A DNA stretch of 14,683 nucleotides from Candidatus Hermodarchaeota archaeon. GTDB lineage: Archaea > Asgardarchaeota > Thorarchaeia > Thorarchaeales > Thorarchaeaceae. Under the pieces are notes generated by a model. It did no database searches. It was not told the DNA's origin and was given only the letters and a program-made list of their open reading frames with translations. Location of the stretch: positions 1-14,683 of the forward strand of contig JBHLLF010000056.1 of NCBI GenBank assembly GCA_048885865.1, written 5' to 3'. Both the position numbers and the translations under genes were made by a program. Positions 9,511-14,683 of the stretch are shown in pieces (position 1 is the stretch's first letter; the number at the start of each line of letters is the position of its first letter).

Positions 9511-10719
9511 TCATGGAGTGGGTATGTCCGCAATAATCCCTTCTACAAACCAATCTATTGTCAACAGCGTTCCCATGTCGGCGCGTTCTCCGGCTGCTAA
9601 CCATTCTGTTCCATTTTTATAATTCAATGGTCCTGAGAATGGATCAAAGACCACATTTGGATTGCTCATCTGTGCAATTCTTGTCATGACAAGATCGTAG
9701 ACACTTATGGTACCAAGAAGCGGATCTGTCACATCGATGGCCTTGAGATCATCTTCGAACAGGGGATTGATTGGAACTCCAAACTCGCCGCCGAGTTCGA
9801 TTCCGCCCTCCTGCAACAACCAAAGATAGTCGACATCTTCAAGGTTCGTGTTTGTATATTGACCAAGGTAAATCTTCTGGATTATATCGTCATAAATCAC
9901 ACCCCAGTCCGCCAACTGGCCACTAATCGTGCTAGTTGGAGCATAGGACTGCATGGGTGAATAGTGACTGAAGACATACACATCGTCTGTAGAGTTTGCC
10001 ACAAGTGGGACAGCCGTAGAGTCTTCCGTGAAGGCAAGCATGTCAACACCTGTTCCTATCAGAGCATTAGCTGCAGTTGTAGCTCCAGCAGGATCAAACC
10101 AATCTGTCTGAAGCCAACGAACATCACAGGTAACAGATGCATTGACCTCTCTTGCGCCAATAGCAAATGCATCGATGTGCCTAATTAGCTCTGGAAGTGG
10201 GAATGCTGCAACATAGCCAATCTTACCTGTCTGGGTGAGTGCACCTGCCATCAGTCCATTCAGATAATACAGCTGATAGAAGTCTGCAAAGTACGTGCCT
10301 ACATTATCACTCCTCAGATAGCCTGAACAGTGGAAGAATATCTTGTCAGGATGTCGAGATCCAGCTGCAATAGTCGCATCCATGAATCCAAATGACGTCG
10401 TGAAGACCACATCGCAGCCCTCATTCTCAATCAGATAATCGATTCTGTCCCCAGCCTGCGCCTCTGGCACAGACTCCAAATACGTCGTGGTGAGCCAGTC
10501 ATATTTGTTATCTATGAACAGCCTCCCCTGATCATGTGCATGGGTCCACCCGTAATCTCCTATAGGCCCCACGTAGATAAAGCCCGCCTTCAGAGTTCCA
10601 AGATCAGTACCTGGACCGCCTGGTGCACCAGCATAGGTCAGGAAGCCTACTCCGAAGCCGAGGCCAACGCCGACTATAAGAAGAATAACGGACATCGCCA
10701 TGGTTCTTGAACTACTCAA
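9511..10719 (-). CDS. BMP-family ABC transporter substrate-binding protein (probably purine nucleosides)
   Basis: N-terminal TM anchor, KAGFIYVGPIGDYGWTHAHDQGR, FTTSFGFMD, YLNGLMAG, KIGYVAAFP, WFDP. Confidence 0.92.
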   Translation of the reverse strand: MSSSRTMAMSVILLIVGVGLGFGVGFLTYAGAPGGPGTDLGTLKAGFIYVGPIGDYGWTHAHDQGRLFIDNKYDWLTTTYLESVPEAQAGDRIDYLIENEGCDVVFTTSFGFMDATIAAGSRHPDKIFFHCSGYLRSDNVGTYFADFYQLYYLNGLMAGALTQTGKIGYVAAFPLPELIRHIDAFAIGAREVNASVTCDVRWLQTDWFDPAGATTAANALIGTGVDMLAFTEDSTAVPLVANSTDDVYVFSHYSPMQSYAPTSTISGQLADWGVIYDDIIQKIYLGQYTNTNLEDVDYLWLLQEGGIELGGEFGVPINPLFEDDLKAIDVTDPLLGTISVYDLVMTRIAQMSNPNVVFDPFSGPLNYKNGTEWLAAGERADMGTLLTIDWFVEGIIADIPTP

Positions 10720-11491
10720 TTTTTCTCACGCTCACACATAAAGTGCTGAGGTGTTATCTCCCGGCAACAACCTCTAGCAAATCATGGCATCTCACGCCTA
10801 AATATCTTGTCAGAAATGCTCAATCAATCATTTGAGCGAAAGAGATGATTGAGTCTCCAAAACGCAGGAAAGCCGCCCAAGTCTTAGCTCCAACAGAGTT
10901 CGATCTTTCTCGTTCAGTCAAGCTACTTTTTGTGTATCTTGTACCATCGAACCAGTACTTCGACACATAGCCTAACCGTCCGCCAACCTGTTCTTGTACT
11001 GTCTTTATCGCTCAACCACTTTCGATTGGGTTCATGGTCTTGCTCAGTACGCAGAGCCCAGACGCTATTGGTAGGCGCCTCCTGAGCGGCTTAACTATAG
11101 TAAAGAAGCTTCCGCTAATAAAGTCTGAGATGTCTGCACAAATCTGAGTTTAGGCACTAGAATTACTCCATTTCGCAAATATCTGAACATTGATAGGATG
11201 GACATGTAAGTTCTTGATCGATTTTGATGAAGGTCTTCAAACCGTGCATCAATGGAATTCCTGTCCTGAAGAGAATGGGCACGGTGAAGGAAGTCGAATC
11301 TCTGGTAAAGGAAGTTGCACCAAGAAAAAGACACAAGCCCTCAAAGATGAAGGCTTGAACCAAGTCGGTGCATGCATCCGAAGATATCCACTTAATCAGC
11401 TGATGATTCCATCCAACAATGATTGCCATGTTTCGGTATCTGAAAGATTATATGCTGGATAGAAACCAGCTTCATTACATATCCTGGATGA

Positions 11492-11911
11492 ATGCGAATT
11501 ATGCCTCCGAAAGACATGAACATCATCGTGTTTGGCTGTATGCAGTGTATGTACGCCGCAGCGGACCTGGCAGGCACGATGAAGCTGCAGTACGATGTGG
11601 CGGCGAGAATCATCCGAATGCCGTGCACCGCGAGGCTCGATATCAACTTCATCCTGAAGGCGCTGCAGGAGGGGGCTGACGGCGTGCTGGTGGTGGGTTG
11701 TCATCCTGGAGACTGCGCGTACAAGACCGGAAATCTGGGGGCAGAGAGAAGAGTCCGTTTTGCTAGAAAGCTTGTTGGTCAATTGGGCCTAAATGAAGAC
11801 CGCGTAAAGATGGTGTTCGTGAGTGCCGCTGAGGGGGACAAGTTCGCCACTGAGGTCAACAAGTTCGCAGAGGAAATCAGGAAGATAGGACCGAATCCTA
11901 TCAGGCTTTAG
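11492..11911 (+). CDS. mvhD: Hydrogenase iron-sulfur subunit MvhD/FlpD ([2Fe-2S])
   Basis: FGCMQCMYAAADLAG, MPCTARLD, GADGVLVVGCHPGDCAY, GN..AERR, RVKMVFVSAAEG.KF, GPNP. The true start may be a few codons later (MPPKD). Confidence 0.93.
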   Translation: MRIMPPKDMNIIVFGCMQCMYAAADLAGTMKLQYDVAARIIRMPCTARLDINFILKALQEGADGVLVVGCHPGDCAYKTGNLGAERRVRFARKLVGQLGLNEDRVKMVFVSAAEGDKFATEVNKFAEEIRKIGPNPIRL

Positions 11912-11958
11912 CAGTACCATTTTAATTCATGAAGTTAATCCTTCCATGCGTGCTGAAT

Positions 11959-12486
11959 ATGCCAGAAACCGCTCTTCTTGTGATAGATATGCAATTGGGG
12001 AATTTCCAGGGGGAAAATCCCATCGAAAACGGAAGAGATCTGTTGTATAATGTGAATGCTTTAATCAACAAGGCACGAAAGGCCAATGTTTCAGTATTCT
12101 ACATAATGAACAAAGGTTCTGAAGGAGACCCAGATGAGCCTGGCACTGAAGGTTGGGAAATCCATCCTGAAATCACACCCCTTGAGGATGAAATAATTGT
12201 CGAAAAGGCAACTCCTGATGCCTTCCATGAAACCACACTCAAGCAGAGACTGGAGGAGTTGGATGTTTCAAGATTGATTATGGCTGGTCTTCAGACCGAG
12301 TATTGCATTGACACAACATGTAGACGTGGGTCGCTACTTGGCTATGAGGTCGTTTTAGTGAGCGATGCACATGGTACTTGGGATAGTGAATTGTTGAGTG
12401 CAGAACAAATCATTGCACATCACAACAGAGTACTTGCAGGATGGTTTGTGACTCTGAATAAAACGGATCAGATTGCCTTTGGATGA
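11959..12486 (+). CDS. Isochorismatase-family cysteine hydrolase (array unit 1)
   Basis: ALLVIDMQ (Asp), VEKATPDAF (Lys), GLQTEYCIDTT (Cys) triad, LVSDAHGT. Likely start ATG 11959 (ORF track start 11929). Confidence 0.9.
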   Translation: MPETALLVIDMQLGNFQGENPIENGRDLLYNVNALINKARKANVSVFYIMNKGSEGDPDEPGTEGWEIHPEITPLEDEIIVEKATPDAFHETTLKQRLEELDVSRLIMAGLQTEYCIDTTCRRGSLLGYEVVLVSDAHGTWDSELLSAEQIIAHHNRVLAGWFVTLNKTDQIAFG

Positions 12487-12518
12487 CTCCAGCGCTCAAG
12501 ATTGTCGGACTTATGAAT

Positions 12519-12599
12519 GAGGGTGACAAATTCGCAGCTTAAATCAACAAGTTTGCTGAGGAGATTCGGAAGATAGGACCGAACCCGATTGGGCTCTAG
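12519..12599 (+). repeat. mvhD 3'-end copy 1 (degenerate direct repeat of 11831-11911)
   Basis: Translates EGDKFAA*INKFAEEIRKIGPNPIGL* versus mvhD EGDKFATEVNKFAEEIRKIGPNPIRL*; 64/81 nt identical by hand alignment, no gaps. Confidence 0.96.
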
Positions 12600-12641
12600 T
12601 GAGCAATAATTTTTGAGCGCAAATACTGAGATAGAGCTAGG

Positions 12642-13340
12642 ATGACGGGAGACTTCGACGACAATCAGGACTTAGAAGAATCTGAGTTGTATGAATCTGG
12701 CACTGATATGGAAAGAGTGAAGGCAGAATATAGAGCGTCAGCACGCAGACATGCCATACGCGGAGTGGTATTGCTATTCACCCCCATATTGACATTCATT
12801 ATTCCACTCTTGGCATCTGCAGAGTATTATGACCAAGTCTTCGTTGGAACCCTTGTAGGTACCATGGTTTTGGCGATAATTGGAGTTGTCTGGCTTGCTT
12901 TTTACGGAGTAGGAACAATGATACTACTCAGAGGCTTCGATATATTGGCAAGGGTTAGCCCATCTGAACCAGTACTCGCAAGACGCTATGCCATAGCAAA
13001 GGTCAATGACGTGTATCTACTTGCTCATGGTATAAGTGGACATCTCATCGCAGTTGCCTTTAGAGGAATGCCTTTTGCAGCATCAGATAATCGGATCAAG
13101 CTGCCTAGAATGTTCTATAGATGGGAGAGCAAGGTTGACATTGCGGGAGTAACTATGTTCCGCAGAGAAGGCACTTTTTCGGTCCCCATATCACAAGAGG
13201 AGTGCATTATTGGAGATGCTGTTCTTTATGGGTCTCCATACCAACCATCAAAATACAATTGGAATGTTCCAGAATTCACGAAAGAGCAGCTGATGGCAAT
13301 TATCGAATACATCAAAGAAGATGTGAACCGTCAATACTAG
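12642..13340 (+). CDS. Hypothetical membrane protein, about two TM helices (array unit 2)
   Basis: 232-aa ORF with acidic N-terminus, two hydrophobic stretches and a soluble C-terminal domain; fills the space between repeat copies 1 and 2. Confidence 0.75.
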   Translation: MTGDFDDNQDLEESELYESGTDMERVKAEYRASARRHAIRGVVLLFTPILTFIIPLLASAEYYDQVFVGTLVGTMVLAIIGVVWLAFYGVGTMILLRGFDILARVSPSEPVLARRYAIAKVNDVYLLAHGISGHLIAVAFRGMPFAASDNRIKLPRMFYRWESKVDIAGVTMFRREGTFSVPISQEECIIGDAVLYGSPYQPSKYNWNVPEFTKEQLMAIIEYIKEDVNRQY

Positions 13341-13421
13341 AGAATAATCGTGCATCTTAAACTCATTCAGCCTATCGGAATCTTCATTCATCTCTGGACT
13401 ATAAACTCTCAGAGGTGTCCA

Positions 13422-13502
13422 GAGAGAAACAAGTTTGCCGCAAATGTCAATAAGATTGCTGAGAAGACTAGGAAGATTGGCCCAAATCCTATTAGGCTAT
13501 AG
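13422..13502 (+). repeat. mvhD 3'-end copy 2
   Basis: Translates ERNKFAANVNKIAEKTRKIGPNPIRL*; 60/81 nt identical to 11831-11911, no gaps. Confidence 0.95.
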
Positions 13503-13521
13503 CCTCAACTAGATCTGCTGC

Positions 13522-13890
13522 CTAGACCCTTTCAAGTTGAGCTTTGACACTAGATCCACAGTAGCTGCATTCAGCTTCAAGAGGGCCACCCCACTTAATC
13601 TCCGTTCCAGAGAGCAAAGTTCCGCAATTGGAGCAGCGGACCGACTCACGACCTGTACTAATCTCAGTGATGTTTGACCCCATCTGGCCGCGGTTTCCTT
13701 TACCAATAACAAATGACGGAGTTTCTAACACAAACCTTCCGCGCATCCTAGGGCGGAGCATAAAGAACCTTAGTAGCACGATAGCTAACACAATGAAGAC
13801 AATTGGCATTAAGATGACGAAAACCTCTCCTAAATACTCGGAATCCCAAAACCCTATGACCAGCATAATGCTCTTCTCACACAAAACCAT
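13522..13890 (-). CDS. Small membrane-anchored zinc-ribbon protein (array unit 3)
   Basis: TM helix (VFVILMPIVFIVLAIVLLRFF) followed by basic residues; C-terminal CSNC..CSYC pairs. Confidence 0.72.
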   Translation of the reverse strand: MVLCEKSIMLVIGFWDSEYLGEVFVILMPIVFIVLAIVLLRFFMLRPRMRGRFVLETPSFVIGKGNRGQMGSNITEISTGRESVRCSNCGTLLSGTEIKWGGPLEAECSYCGSSVKAQLERV

Positions 13891-13933
13891 GTTTAATTAA
13901 ACGCATATTAAGATAAACATTCTCATCTGCCTC

Positions 13934-13996
13934 ACAGAGATAAACAGGTTCGCAGCTGAGATTCGAAAAATCGGTCCAAATCCTATCAGGCCCTAG
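13934..13996 (+). repeat. mvhD 3'-end copy 3
   Basis: Translates TEINRFAAEIRKIGPNPIRP*; 47/63 nt identical to 11849-11911, no gaps. Confidence 0.94.
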
Positions 13997-13999
13997 ATA

Positions 14000-14446
14000 T
14001 CAGAGTCGTTTCTTCATAGCATAGGCACGGACCTCAAATCCCGTCTTCTGATATAGATGCAGTGCCGCTTCAGCCTCAACTGGACAGTGGAGAAGCACCA
14101 TGTCAACACCCCCTTCTCTGAGAGCATCAAGCAGTCTTTCCAACAATAATCTACCCACACCCTGACCACGTGATGAGGAGTCAACAGCTAAAAGCTCTAT
14201 CTGAGCCACCTTGGAAGCATGCCATCGGTCCAAGACCGCAGTGGGAACTTCTTTGATGTATCCAAAGACAAAGCCAACAATAGAGTGTCCGTCCTCTGCA
14301 ACAAGAAGTCCATTTGGAAAAGCGGCATCGACTTGAAAGTCGGCCTCAGTAACGTCTGAGTCAAAGGAGGCGTATCTGTTTGCTAGAGGAATTATATCTT
14401 CAATGTCATGAGGTGTGGAGGGACGAATAATCATAGATGCATTCAT
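14000..14446 (-). CDS. GNAT-family N-acetyltransferase (array unit 4)
   Basis: IIRPSTPHD, LLAVDSSSRGQGVGRLLL (acetyl-CoA motif A), ALHLYQKTGFE. Confidence 0.92.
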   Translation of the reverse strand: MNASMIIRPSTPHDIEDIIPLANRYASFDSDVTEADFQVDAAFPNGLLVAEDGHSIVGFVFGYIKEVPTAVLDRWHASKVAQIELLAVDSSSRGQGVGRLLLERLLDALREGGVDMVLLHCPVEAEAALHLYQKTGFEVRAYAMKKRL

Positions 14447-14509
14447 GTGACGCTACTATTTTAATTGGTGTCCTAGTTGAAGTCTGATTATACTTGACGA
14501 CTTAAGTGT

Positions 14510-14651
14510 GAAGACCGCGTGAAGACAGTGTTTGCGAGAGCAGCCGAGGGACAAAAGCTTGCCGCTGAGGTTGAAAAGCTCGCCGACTATAGTTGTAGCA
14601 AAATTCTGTACCTGTAGTAAAGAAGATATAACTTGAGCAGATAGGCTATAG
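14510..14651 (+). repeat. mvhD 3'-end copy 4 (interrupted or decayed)
   Basis: 14510-14587 translates EDRVKTVFARAAEGQKLAAEVEKLAD versus mvhD EDRVKMVFVSAAEGDKFATEVNKFAE (58/78 nt to 11795-11872). Weaker remnants follow: AAGATA at 14623-14628 and AGGCTATAG at 14643-14651. Confidence 0.88.
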
Positions 14652-14683
14652 CCATGAACGAATCCGATTCACTGGATTCATCA

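Larger units (their letters stand above)
11795..14683. mobile_element. Putative mvhD-anchored tandem gene-cassette array (at least four units)
   Basis: Strict alternation of one cargo ORF and one mvhD 3'-end copy; stop-to-stop unit lengths 688, 903, 494 and about 655 nt. Mobility is inferred; no recombinase seen. Confidence 0.65.

Noticed and set aside
11492-11911. Selenocysteine recoding in mvhD or hdrA
   Set aside because: All expected Cys positions are ordinary Cys codons, and there is no in-frame TGA within the visible coding regions.
12519-12599. Diversity-generating retroelement template/variable repeat pair with mvhD
   Set aside because: Differences are not confined to adenines but are mostly synonymous changes, and there is no reverse transcriptase in the window.
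314-13900. Many short overlapping or antisense ORFs in the track (e.g. 682-1122, 1192-1737, 4506-4829, 5929-6312, 11396-11782, 13628-13900)
   Set aside because: They are shadows of well-supported genes and have no recognisable motifs. The 67-aa ORF at 13509-13712 is an alternate frame of the Zn-ribbon gene.
12519-13996. Repeats as expressed small peptides or swappable toxin-like C-termini
   Set aside because: Copy 1 has an internal stop, and the encoded tails are conserved rather than diversified, unlike Rhs/CDI orphan modules.
11831-14651. CRISPR array or classical attC array
   Set aside because: Repeats are 60-80 nt, only about 75-79% identical, derived from coding sequence and separated by whole genes. 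No cas genes, and no evident RYYYAAC..GTTRRRY hairpin architecture.

Overview
Archaeal-looking window (gene content suggests Asgard/Thorarchaeia, but that is inference). Left: a 5'-truncated HdrA/QmoB-like flavoprotein fused to ferredoxin and MvhD domains, a coupled helical protein with two winged-helix modules and a ferredoxin, an acyl-CoA dehydrogenase and a cupin. Middle: a BMP-family nucleoside ABC transporter operon on the minus strand. Right, and most striking: a stand-alone mvhD gene followed by a tandem array of single-gene units (cysteine hydrolase, membrane protein, TM/Zn-ribbon protein, GNAT). Each unit is closed by a degenerate direct copy of the last 60-80 nt of mvhD (four copies, 74-79% nt identity, many synonymous changes). 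This looks like an integron-like gene-capture array anchored on the 3' end of a core metabolic gene. No integrase is in the window, and the array may continue past the right edge.
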